A DNA stretch of 27,307 nt, from contig CBDUSK010000001.1 in the NCBI GenBank assembly GCA_965369915.1, positions 1 to 27,307 of the forward strand, given 5' to 3'. Positions 1 through 8,515 of this stretch are shown in pieces. Positions within the stretch are counted from its first letter, which is position 1. The number at the start of each line of letters is the position of its first letter. The position numbers and the translations under genes are program-made. This DNA is from an uncultured Phycisphaerae bacterium (GTDB lineage: Bacteria > Planctomycetota > Phycisphaerae > Sedimentisphaerales > Anaerohalosphaeraceae). Under the pieces are notes generated by a model. The model searched no databases. It was not told the origin of the DNA and saw nothing but the letters and a program-made list of their open reading frames with translations.

Positions 1-2
1 CA

Positions 3-272
3 GCGGCGGAGAAGGCCCAGGCCGAACGAGCCGCCCAGGCTGAGGAAAAGGCCCAGGCCAAGGAAAAAGCCCAAGCTGAGGAAAAAGCCCAGGCTGAGGA
101 AAAGGCCCAAGCCGAGAAAAAAGCCCAGGCTGAGGAAAAGGCCCAGGCCGAGGAAAAGGCCCAGGCTAAGAAAAAAGATTCTGAGGCGGCGGAAGAAGCA
201 CCTGTCGAATCTTCCGAGGAGCCAGCAGAGACGCCGTCTTGCGATACAGAAGACAGGGAAGTTCAGGAATGA
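3..272 (+). CDS. rpsF: 3' end of a CDS that starts before the window; probably 30S ribosomal protein S6 with a long repetitive, acidic C-terminal tail
   Basis: Open frame 3-272 translates AAEKAQAERAAQAEEKAQAKEK...EDREVQE, ending TGA (270-272) then TAA. No S6 core is visible; identity rests only on the conserved order rpsF-ssb-rpsR-rplI. Confidence 0.6.
   Translation, partial: AAEKAQAERAAQAEEKAQAKEKAQAEEKAQAEEKAQAEKKAQAEEKAQAEEKAQAKKKDSEAAEEAPVESSEEPAETPSCDTEDREVQE
15..176 (+). repeat. Coding tandem repeat, 9 x 18 bp (consensus GCCCAGGCTGAGGAAAAG = AQAEEK)
   Basis: Units start at 15, 33, 51, 69, 87, 105, 123, 141 and 159. All begin with AQA and there are no spacers. Confidence 0.97.
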
Positions 273-351
273 TAATCCGTCCCGGCAGGCGAGTGAACAC
301 CAAGAGTTACGGGCGTTGCTTCATCCGGGCACAAACAAAGGGAGATCGGAT

Positions 352-795
352 ATGGCCAGTTACAATAAGGTGATATTGATGGGTAATCTGACGCGTGACC
401 CGCAGTTGTCCTATACGCCAAACCAGACGGCGGTTGTGGATTTCGGTATCGCGACAAACCGCAGATGGAAAGGCCAGGACGGCACCCAGCGGGACGAAAC
501 ATGTTTTGTGGACTGCAGGATGTTCGGCAAAAGAGCAGAGGTGATAAATAAGTACTGCAAGAAAGGTAATCCGCTGTTTGTCGAGGGGAGGCTGACGTTT
601 GACAGTTGGCAGGGTCAGGACGGCTCAAAGCGGAGCAAGCTAAGGGTAACGGTTGAGAATTTTGAGTTTATGGGTCAGCGTTCATCGGGAAGCGGTCAGG
701 ACGGCAGAGGTGAATTTTCATCGGAGCAGGCTCCGGCGGACAACAATGCCGGACAGCCTTTAGGCGCGAACGAGTCGGACGAGATACCGTTTTAA
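352..795 (+). CDS. ssb: Single-stranded DNA-binding protein
   Basis: MASYNKVILMGNLTRDP, VEGRL, acidic tail ending DEIPF. ATG at 352 follows GGAG at 341-344, so it is preferred over the TTG at 316. Confidence 0.97.
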   Translation: MASYNKVILMGNLTRDPQLSYTPNQTAVVDFGIATNRRWKGQDGTQRDETCFVDCRMFGKRAEVINKYCKKGNPLFVEGRLTFDSWQGQDGSKRSKLRVTVENFEFMGQRSSGSGQDGRGEFSSEQAPADNNAGQPLGANESDEIPF

Positions 796-863
796 CGGAT
801 GTTTTGAATACAAAAACAATGTGTTTCTAAGTTAATAGTATCTGATTTTGAAGGTTATACAGT

Positions 864-1136
864 ATGGCAAGAATGGGAACGAAAAGCAGACCGGGAATGA
901 ACAGGAAAAAGAAAAGGTTTTCTACGAGTATTCGAGAGCAGACTCAATGCCGATTTTGCAGAGAAGGGAAAGAGTATGTCGATTATAAAGACATCGACAC
1001 TCTGCAGAAGCTTTTGACGCACCGCGGCAAGATTTTTTCCCGAAAGCGCAGCGGCAATTGCGCCTCGTGTCAGCGTAAGGTCAAACGGGCGATCAAGCGT
1101 GCCCGGTTCATGGCGTTGCTGCCGTTTACGAGTTGA
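864..1136 (+). CDS. rpsR: 30S ribosomal protein S18, zinc-binding form
   Basis: [38 protein letters not shown]. Confidence 0.97.
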   Translation: MARMGTKSRPGMNRKKKRFSTSIREQTQCRFCREGKEYVDYKDIDTLQKLLTHRGKIFSRKRSGNCASCQRKVKRAIKRARFMALLPFTS

Positions 1137-1225
1137 CGCAAAAGAACAACGAAATTCTAATAAAAGTCTGGCCGGGAGAAAGGCAGAAAAATTCTACCCG
1201 GCAAGCGAAACGGCGGAGATAGATT

Positions 1226-1711
1226 ATGAAGGTTTTACTTTGTGAAGATGTAGAAGAGCTGGGATGGTTTGGAGATGTCGTAGAGGTAAAGGACGGATAC
1301 GCACGAAATTATCTGTTGCCTCAGGGTGTTGCGACAGTGCCGACCGAGGCCAACGTCAAGTCTTTGGCCGAGGAAAAGACAAAACGGGCCGAGTTCCGCA
1401 AGCTTGCGTTCGAGAAACTCGAGCAGGTAGCCTCTGCGGTGGAAGGCGCTGAAGCCGTGGTAGCTGCCAAAGCTAACGAGCAGGGACATCTGTTCGGCTC
1501 GGTAAGTGAGCGTGACATAGCAACCAATCTTCGTGAGCAGGGATTCGAAATATCGGATAACATGGTGCATCTTGACGGGCACATCAAGGAAGTCGGTACG
1601 CATGAAGTCACGCTAAAGTTATCGGCGGAATTGACCGCCAAGGTCAGTGTCGTAGTGGTTTCTCAGGATGAGAAAGTTGAATCAGTCGACGAAGACATCA
1701 AAAAAGAATAA
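1226..1711 (+). CDS. rplI: 50S ribosomal protein L9
   Basis: MKVLL..DV..LG..GDVVEVKDGYARNYLLPQG, GHLFGSV, IKEVGTHEV. Preceded by GGAG. Confidence 0.97.
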   Translation: MKVLLCEDVEELGWFGDVVEVKDGYARNYLLPQGVATVPTEANVKSLAEEKTKRAEFRKLAFEKLEQVASAVEGAEAVVAAKANEQGHLFGSVSERDIATNLREQGFEISDNMVHLDGHIKEVGTHEVTLKLSAELTAKVSVVVVSQDEKVESVDEDIKKE

Positions 1712-3083
1712 CGGCGATCATGCGGCAGTTACTGCTCCGGCTCCGGCAAGCGCGGGCCGGGGTATGCCGGAGTCGCTGGAAGCCGAAGCCGCGGTGCTGG
1801 GTTCGATGATCCTTGACCGTGAGTGCATCGGTCAGGTTATCCAGTTGATAACTGCCGGGTCATTTTACCGGCCTGAGCACCGGGAGATATTTGACGCCCT
1901 GGTTGCGCTTTATGAAAGTAACAGCCATATCGATCTGGTTTTGCTGCGCGACGAACTCAAAAAGCGCAAAAAGCTGAAATCCGTCGGGGGGGCGGAATAT
2001 CTTGTCAGGGTAGTAGAATCCGTACCGTCATCGGCGAGCGTCGAGTACTATTGTGATATCGTCAAGAACAAATCACTGCTTCGTCAGCTGGTCCAGGCGA
2101 CCAGTGAAATACTCAACGATGCCTACGATGACAACGGAGACGTAAGCGAAAAGCTTGATATAGCCGAGCAGAAAATATTTGCCGTGACCGAGAAAAAGAT
2201 AAGCGGGGCGGTTATTCCGCTGCAGGACCTGCTCCAGGAAGCTTACGATCTTATCGAATCAAGAGAAGGGTCACATATTACCGGCCTTCCAACCGGGTAT
2301 CACGAACTTGACGATCTTCTTTGCGGTCTTCAGAAAAGCGAGATGATAATAATAGCGGGCCGTCCGAGCATGGGCAAGACGAGCTTTGCGCTTAATATCG
2401 CAGAGCATATCGGGGCGGACCACGGAAAGCCGGTAGTGATATTTTCGCTCGAGATGAGCAAACAGCAATTGGTCGAAAGATTCTTATGCAGCCGGGGCAG
2501 GGTAGATCTGCAAAGAGTAAGAAAAGGTACTATCACCACAAACGAATATGAAAAACTAAGAGACGCCTGCAGCGAACTTTTCAATCAGCCTATTTTTATT
2601 GATGACACGCCTGGCCTTACACCGCTTATGATAAGGGCCAAATGCAGGAGGCTCAAAAGCCAGTACGATATCCAATGTGTTTTGATAGACTATCTGCAAT
2701 TAATGACCCTGGGAGGCAAGGCCGAGTCGCGTCAGCAGGAAGTAAGTACGATGTCCAGGTATCTTAAAGCACTTGCCAAGGAATTGGATATTCCCGTTGT
2801 TGTGCTTAGCCAGTTAAATCGTTCGCCCGAAGGCAGAGAAGACCACAGACCGAGAATGAGCGATCTGCGTGAAAGCGGAAGTATCGAACAGGATGCTGAT
2901 GTCGTGATGCTGCTCCATCGGGAAGACTATTATCGCAGGGGCGAGGAAGACGGGAAAAATGATAACACCGCTGAAATCATAGTGGCCAAACAGCGAAACG
3001 GCCCTACTGACAGCGTGAAACTATACTTTGAGAGCGAGTTCACCCGTTTTGAAACGCTTTCACGAGCAGAGGAACCATTTTAG
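1668..3083 (+). CDS. dnaB: Replicative DNA helicase, no intein. Start uncertain: ATG 1668 (overlaps rplI by 44 nt) or ATG 1764.
   Basis: EAEAAVLGSMIL, Walker A GRPSMGKT, FSLEM, IDYLQL, SQLNR, DLRESGSIEQDAD, KQRNGPT. Confidence 0.97.
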   Translation: MRKLNQSTKTSKKNNGDHAAVTAPAPASAGRGMPESLEAEAAVLGSMILDRECIGQVIQLITAGSFYRPEHREIFDALVALYESNSHIDLVLLRDELKKRKKLKSVGGAEYLVRVVESVPSSASVEYYCDIVKNKSLLRQLVQATSEILNDAYDDNGDVSEKLDIAEQKIFAVTEKKISGAVIPLQDLLQEAYDLIESREGSHITGLPTGYHELDDLLCGLQKSEMIIIAGRPSMGKTSFALNIAEHIGADHGKPVVIFSLEMSKQQLVERFLCSRGRVDLQRVRKGTITTNEYEKLRDACSELFNQPIFIDDTPGLTPLMIRAKCRRLKSQYDIQCVLIDYLQLMTLGGKAESRQQEVSTMSRYLKALAKELDIPVVVLSQLNRSPEGREDHRPRMSDLRESGSIEQDADVVMLLHREDYYRRGEEDGKNDNTAEIIVAKQRNGPTDSVKLYFESEFTRFETLSRAEEPF

Positions 3084-3092
3084 GGAATCAAG

Positions 3093-5450
3093 ATGACTAC
3101 TCAAAGGGGATTGACGGTAAAGACGGGAGCTTTGACAATTGTTTTTGTTTTAGCGTTAGTCTTATTTCCCCGGGATTGCTTTGGCCAGGCCGAGACAAGT
3201 CTGAATTCTGAACTGCTTATCAGCAGCGTTGAAGCGACGGGCAATATTACCATAAGCAAGGCGATGATCCTGGCATCGGTTCGGGCCAGGGTGGGTGAAT
3301 TTTTCGACAAAGCTTCTGCGGACGAGGACTCAAGGCGTATCGCCCAGATCGAAGGTGTCGAGTACGCTTATTACAACACCGAGGTCGTGGGCGGTCAGGT
3401 CGAACTGACTTTCGTTGTTGTTGAAAAAAACCTTGTCCGGGTGATCGTCTTCAATGGGAACAAAAAAGTTAAGGCCGGCAAACTTTCCAAGGATCTCGGC
3501 TTTAAAAAGGGAGATTATCTTGATGTTTTTCTGGCACGGGCCGGGGTCGAGATCCTTACCGAACTTTACCGCAAAGCCGGTTACGCCTCGGCGGAGATAA
3601 GCCTTGATGAAAGCGCACTCCAGGCCGGGCGGGTGATCTATAATATCAAAGAAGGGATGCGGGCACGGATCCGAAAAGTCCTTTTCGACGGAAACGAAAC
3701 CATCCCGACAAAGAAATTGAAAAAGGCGATCAAGACCAAGACTCGCAAGTTCTGGTTATGGCCTGCTTACTATGTCGAACAGACTGCCTCTGAAGATGTG
3801 ACGAAACTGCAGAAAGCTTACCAAAAAAGGGGTCATCTAAACGCCCATGTTACATCGCGGACGAACTTCAGTGAAGACGGCAAGTTCGTAGAGGTCACTT
3901 TTGCGATCATGGAAGGGCCTGTCTATACTATGGACGAGATTGTTATTACGGGAAACGAATTCTTTGATGTTGAGACATTACGGAAGGATCTGAAACTAAA
4001 GGCCGGTGAGATTTACAGCAAGGAAAAAGCGGATTCCGATGCCAAAAGCATTGCCAACCGTTACCGTGCGCAGGGGTTTGTCGATGCCGAGGTGAAGTAC
4101 GAGCGCAGGTTTGTCGAGGCATTAAAGGTCGCGGCTGAGTTCAGTATAACAGAAGGAGAGCGTTTCAGGATCGGCCAGGTGATCATAACGGGTAACGAAT
4201 CGACTCACGACAAGGTTGTCCGCCGTATTCTTGATGAGGAGAATTTCAAGCCGGGCCAATGGTACAACGCCGATCTTGCCCGCGGAGACGGCCAGGGGGA
4301 ACTGGAGAAAATAATCAGAAGGACCGTGATGACCGAGTCGGCGTTTATAAAGCCCGTGGGCACGATACGCGGCCAGCGGAATGCCCACGTCAACATCGTC
4401 GAGGGCCAGACCGGTTCGATAATGTTAGGTGCCGGTGTTGCCTCCGACAGCGGGGTGATAGGGCAATTAGTATTCGACCAGCGGAATTTTGATATAAGGG
4501 CCTGGCCGGACAATCTTAAGGATATTTTCTTCGGTGATGCTTTTAAAGGCGCCGGCCAGCGGCTGAGAATCGCTCTCGAACCCGGTACTATTCAAAGCCG
4601 GTACTCGGTGAGTTTCACCGAACGGTATCTTTATGACAAGCCCATCTCGCTCGATGTGGTAGGCTCGAGTTTTGAAAGGGGCAGAGAGGCTTACGATGAA
4701 GAAAGGATCAAGGCATATCTCGGATTTGAAAAACGATACAAAAATAAATGGCGGCGCGGGATCTCATTCAGAGCAGAACAGGTCGATGTAGTGGACCTGG
4801 AACCTGATGCCCCTAAGGAGATCATAGACGTCAAGGGTTCGAACGACCTGGTGGGCATAAGGGCTTTTGTCAGAAAGGACACTACCGACAGCAGGTTCAA
4901 CCCGAGTAAAGGATATAACTTTAACGCCGGGTACGAACAGGTCGGCGGGGACCATACTTTTGGTGTGCTCAGCGGGACCCAGCGCTGGTATAAGACGCTC
5001 TATGAAGACCTGGCGGAACGAAAGACCATCCTCGAAACGAAACTGTATGCTGCGACCATAATCGGGAACGCTCCGCCTTTCGAGAAGTTTTACGCCGGCG
5101 GAACAGGCTCGTTAAGAGGTTTTGACTATCGCGGTGTCAGCACCAGGGGCTTACAGACAAATGTTGTAAACCCGGAACATAAAGACCCGATCGGCAGTGA
5201 CTGGATCATGGTCGCAAACGCCGAGATAGCGGTTCCCCTTACGACGGAAGTTCTGTCCTGGCTGTTATTCGTCGATACCGGCGTAATTGATACAGGCGGT
5301 GTCAGGGCCTCGATAGGCACAGGTATTCAGATAATGATCCCGCAGTGGTTCGGCCCGGTGCCGATGAGGTTCGAACTGGCTACACCGTTTATCAAGGACG
5401 GCGATGACGAGACGCAGGTATTCAGTTTTTCGGTTGGAGCGTTATTCTAA
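3093..5450 (+). CDS. bamA: Outer membrane protein assembly factor (Omp85 family): five POTRA domains plus beta-barrel
   Basis: Signal-peptide-like N-terminus. Five segments with (I/V)xxxGN and mostly ending ..EG/EK, FEKFYAGGTGSLRGF loop-6 motif, terminal Phe. Sits upstream of skp-lpxD. Confidence 0.95.
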   Translation: MTTQRGLTVKTGALTIVFVLALVLFPRDCFGQAETSLNSELLISSVEATGNITISKAMILASVRARVGEFFDKASADEDSRRIAQIEGVEYAYYNTEVVGGQVELTFVVVEKNLVRVIVFNGNKKVKAGKLSKDLGFKKGDYLDVFLARAGVEILTELYRKAGYASAEISLDESALQAGRVIYNIKEGMRARIRKVLFDGNETIPTKKLKKAIKTKTRKFWLWPAYYVEQTASEDVTKLQKAYQKRGHLNAHVTSRTNFSEDGKFVEVTFAIMEGPVYTMDEIVITGNEFFDVETLRKDLKLKAGEIYSKEKADSDAKSIANRYRAQGFVDAEVKYERRFVEALKVAAEFSITEGERFRIGQVIITGNESTHDKVVRRILDEENFKPGQWYNADLARGDGQGELEKIIRRTVMTESAFIKPVGTIRGQRNAHVNIVEGQTGSIMLGAGVASDSGVIGQLVFDQRNFDIRAWPDNLKDIFFGDAFKGAGQRLRIALEPGTIQSRYSVSFTERYLYDKPISLDVVGSSFERGREAYDEERIKAYLGFEKRYKNKWRRGISFRAEQVDVVDLEPDAPKEIIDVKGSNDLVGIRAFVRKDTTDSRFNPSKGYNFNAGYEQVGGDHTFGVLSGTQRWYKTLYEDLAERKTILETKLYAATIIGNAPPFEKFYAGGTGSLRGFDYRGVSTRGLQTNVVNPEHKDPIGSDWIMVANAEIAVPLTTEVLSWLLFVDTGVIDTGGVRASIGTGIQIMIPQWFGPVPMRFELATPFIKDGDDETQVFSFSVGALF

Positions 5451-5490
5451 GTATCGATTTAAAAGGGAGATTTTTACGAAAGGTCAAGTT

Positions 5491-6102
5491 ATGAAAATAA
5501 GAAATATTGTTCTAAGTATATTGTTGTGTTCGATAGCGTTCGGGGCCGGTAAAAAGCTTACTCCCAAGACGATCCCTTTGGCCCTGAAGAAGAAAGCTTC
5601 GCAGGCTCCGCCGAGCCGAATAGCGGTGGTCAGCGTTCGCAGGATATTTGAGAATTGCAAAAAGAACACACAATGGCAGCGGGTAATGGAAGGCGAGCGG
5701 AAAAAGATAGTGGCCGAACTCGAAAAAATATCGAGCGAAGCCAGGGCCTTCAGGGCTGATATGGAGACCAGAAAGCCAGGCAGTACGGACCATGCGAACC
5801 TGATGCGCGAGATGATAGAAAAGGAGTCCTTGCTTGATGCGAAAGAAAAATTCTATCAGCAGGACCTGACTTTCAAAGAGCAGCAATGGACAGAGCAGCT
5901 TTACATGGAGATAGTTGCGGCGATCGGGAATGTGGCGGAGCAAAAAGGCCTGGACCTGGTCCTTGCTAAAGAGGATAACCAGTTTCCGGCGGCGAGCCCG
6001 AACGAACTATTGCTGATAATAAAGACGAGCAAGGTTTTATTTCACGCTGACGACATGGATATAACAAACGAAGTGCTGGCTGCTGTGGATAAGGTGAATT
6101 GA
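5491..6102 (+). CDS. skp: OmpH/Skp family periplasmic chaperone
   Basis: Signal peptide MKIRNIVLSILLCSIAFGA, RIAVVSVRRIF, long helical body, GLDLVL, DITNEVL. Lies between bamA and lpxD. ATG 5491 follows GAAAGGT; the ORF track start at 5404 lies inside bamA. Confidence 0.88.
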   Translation: MKIRNIVLSILLCSIAFGAGKKLTPKTIPLALKKKASQAPPSRIAVVSVRRIFENCKKNTQWQRVMEGERKKIVAELEKISSEARAFRADMETRKPGSTDHANLMREMIEKESLLDAKEKFYQQDLTFKEQQWTEQLYMEIVAAIGNVAEQKGLDLVLAKEDNQFPAASPNELLLIIKTSKVLFHADDMDITNEVLAAVDKVN

Positions 6103-6116
6103 CCAGGGCACAGAAG

Positions 6117-7172
6117 ATGAAAAAGCGTCAGGAAACGGTATTGACGGTTGCCGGTTTAGCCGAGCGGTTAGGCGCTAAGCTTATCGGTCCGGGTTCAGGA
6201 AAGATCACGGGGGTTAACTCGCTTCAAGAAGCCGGCCCGACGGAAGTAAGTTTTATCAGTTCTGCTAAACATGCCGACAGACTTGCCGGGACCAAGGCCG
6301 CTGCGGTGATAGTTTCGAAGGAGACAGGCAGCGGTAATGCCGCCTTGCTGCTGGTTGAAAAAGTCGAAGCTTCTTTGATAACGGCATTAAATCTTTTTGC
6401 GCCGAAGCTGACCGGCACAGGGGGAGTGCATCCCGCTGCGATCGTTGAAGAAAGTGTCAGTCTCGGTGATAAGGTTGAAATCGGCGCCGGTGCCTATATC
6501 GGTCGAAACGTAAGTATCGGCAAGGACAGCATAATCTCACCGGGTTGCGTGATCGGGGCCAATTCGGTCGTTGGGCAAAACACCAGGCTCGATGCCGGTG
6601 TTGTTGTTTACCACGATTGCAAAATAGGCAGCAACTGTATTATCCAGGCAAATTCGACCATCGGTTCGACGGGATACGGCTATTATTTTATCGACGGCGA
6701 ACATCGGCTGATACCACATAACGGCTCAGTGGTGATAGAAGATTGTGTCGAGATCGGTGCCTGCTGCTGTGTTGACCGGGCGAAGTTCGGCAATACCGTA
6801 ATAGGTGCGGGCACCAAGATAGACAATCTTGTCCATATAGCCCACAACGTAACGATCGGCAAGTGCTGTCTGATGGCGGGGATGACGGGCCTTTCCGGCA
6901 GCGCCAAATTAGGCGACGGAGTAGTCATGGGTGGTCAGTCCGGGGTTGGGAACGATGTGACCATCGGGGATGGAGCTATGTTAGCCGCTAAGTGCTCTGT
7001 GCTCAGGAACGTCCCGAAAGGTGGCCGGGTTTTTGGAACCCCGGCAATCGATATAAAGCAGGAGATGAGGAACCATGTGCACATCAAACGACTGCCTAAG
7101 ATGTCAAAAACACTGAAAGAACTTGTAAAGAAAGTAGAAAGACTTGAGGCTGCAGAAGACAATAAACGGTGA
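6117..7172 (+). CDS. lpxD: UDP-3-O-acyl-glucosamine N-acyltransferase (alternative TTG start at 6099)
   Basis: LpxD N-domain (AGPTEVSFI), hexapeptide repeats, IGSTGYGY, DRAKFGNTVIGAGTKIDNLVHIAHNV, GTPA. Confidence 0.95.
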   Translation: MKKRQETVLTVAGLAERLGAKLIGPGSGKITGVNSLQEAGPTEVSFISSAKHADRLAGTKAAAVIVSKETGSGNAALLLVEKVEASLITALNLFAPKLTGTGGVHPAAIVEESVSLGDKVEIGAGAYIGRNVSIGKDSIISPGCVIGANSVVGQNTRLDAGVVVYHDCKIGSNCIIQANSTIGSTGYGYYFIDGEHRLIPHNGSVVIEDCVEIGACCCVDRAKFGNTVIGAGTKIDNLVHIAHNVTIGKCCLMAGMTGLSGSAKLGDGVVMGGQSGVGNDVTIGDGAMLAAKCSVLRNVPKGGRVFGTPAIDIKQEMRNHVHIKRLPKMSKTLKELVKKVERLEAAEDNKR

Positions 7173-8454
7173 GGCAAAGCTTTCGGGCAGGGGCCTTTTT
7201 ACCGGCAAAGACGCAAAAGTTGTGTTTCGTCCGGGTCAGGCGGACACCGGCGTGGTTTTTGTGCGCACAGATATGTCCGAGCCGATAAGGATCCATGCCG
7301 TCACGGCCAACATTGCTGAAAGAGACCGCCGTACGACGATAAAAAAAGGTTCTGTGAGCATCGAGACCTTGGAACATTGTCTGGCCGCGATAAGCGCCCT
7401 TCAGATAAACAACCTTGTAGTCGAAATAGACGGTACCGAGATGCCGGGCTTTGACGGCAGCAGCGATGAGTATTTCAAAACACTTAAAAGATGCGGCATT
7501 GCCGAACAGCAGGCCGAATGCAAACAAATCGTTATTAACAAGCCAATCAGCATCAGTGAAGGCGACAAGTCGATCTATGCCCTGCCTTACGATTCGGAGC
7601 AGCTTAACATTACTTATGACCTGGATTATACCCAGCACACCGGTATCGGAAGACAGCTTTATACCTGTGAGCTAACGACGGCACACTTTGAAAAGAATCT
7701 TTCTTCGGCGAGGACATTTGTCCTGGAAGCGGAAGCAAGACAGATGCGTGCCCACGGCATTGGCACACACCTTACGCCTCGTGATATTCTTGTGATAAAT
7801 TCGGACGGCCCGATCAAAAACAGCTACCGGTTTGCGGACGAGTGTGTCAGGCACAAGATAGTGGACTTGATAGGGGACCTGATGCTGACGGCAAAACCGA
7901 TAGTGGGCCGTATTGTGGCATATAAAAGCGGCCATGCCCTGAATCAGCAGCTTGCCAGGCGGCTTGCCAGTTTGTCCGAACGGGACGAGAGAAGATCGGA
8001 GTTCGGCACCGAATCCCTGCTGGACATCCGCAGGATACAGAGGATACTTCCTCACCGGTACCCGTTTTTGCTGGTGGATAAGATAGTGGAGATAGAAGGT
8101 GACCGGAGAATAAAGGGAATAAAGAACGTTACTTTTAACGAGCAGTTTTTCCAGGGGCATTTTCCCGGGACCCCGATCATGCCGGGAGTGCTGATAATCG
8201 AAGCCCTGGCCCAGGTATCGGGCCTGCTTTTTGCCCAGAAGCTCGAGCATACCGGTAAGCTTGCGGTACTTCTTACGATGGATGGGGTGAAGATACGAAA
8301 GTCGGTTTTGCCCGGCGACCAGTTGATCCTTATTTCCGAGACAACCAGGGTCCGCAGCAGAAGCGCACAGTGTAACTGTACGGCGATGGTGGGCGATGAC
8401 ATAGCAGCCGAGGCACAATTGAAGTTTATGCTTGTTGACGATGAAATGGTTTGA
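7144..8454 (+). CDS. lpxC-fabZ: Bifunctional LpxC deacetylase / FabZ dehydratase fusion. TTG start overlaps lpxD by 29 nt.
   Basis: LpxC: QKTI..SGRGLFTG, TLEHCLAA, DGSS, RHKIVDLIGDL. FabZ: LPHRYPFLLVD, FFQGHFPGTPIMPGVLIIEALAQ. Confidence 0.96.
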   Translation: MRLQKTINGEAKLSGRGLFTGKDAKVVFRPGQADTGVVFVRTDMSEPIRIHAVTANIAERDRRTTIKKGSVSIETLEHCLAAISALQINNLVVEIDGTEMPGFDGSSDEYFKTLKRCGIAEQQAECKQIVINKPISISEGDKSIYALPYDSEQLNITYDLDYTQHTGIGRQLYTCELTTAHFEKNLSSARTFVLEAEARQMRAHGIGTHLTPRDILVINSDGPIKNSYRFADECVRHKIVDLIGDLMLTAKPIVGRIVAYKSGHALNQQLARRLASLSERDERRSEFGTESLLDIRRIQRILPHRYPFLLVDKIVEIEGDRRIKGIKNVTFNEQFFQGHFPGTPIMPGVLIIEALAQVSGLLFAQKLEHTGKLAVLLTMDGVKIRKSVLPGDQLILISETTRVRSRSAQCNCTAMVGDDIAAEAQLKFMLVDDEMV

Positions 8455-8515
8455 TCATTAAATTACGGTTAGCCGGCAGAACCGGCAAAAGAAAACGGAA
8501 GGTTAAGACGAGTTT

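Noticed and set aside
15-176. 18-bp repeat array as a CRISPR or other non-coding repeat
   Set aside because: Units are contiguous without spacers, stay in frame, vary mainly at synonymous or conservative positions, and there are no cas genes.
1668-3083. Intein in dnaB
   Set aside because: At 471 aa the protein has contiguous helicase motifs and no room for an insertion.
7672-8418. 248-aa minus-strand ORF, and other antisense or alternate-frame ORFs in the track (e.g. 263-628, 5512-5943, 7096-7638, 11930-12484, 24717-25211)
   Set aside because: They lie on conserved genes, show no recognisable motifs and are expected as shadows of coding sequence.
7144-8454. LpxC-FabZ fusion as a novelty
   Set aside because: The fusion is well known in Bacteroidota, Chlorobiota and other lineages.
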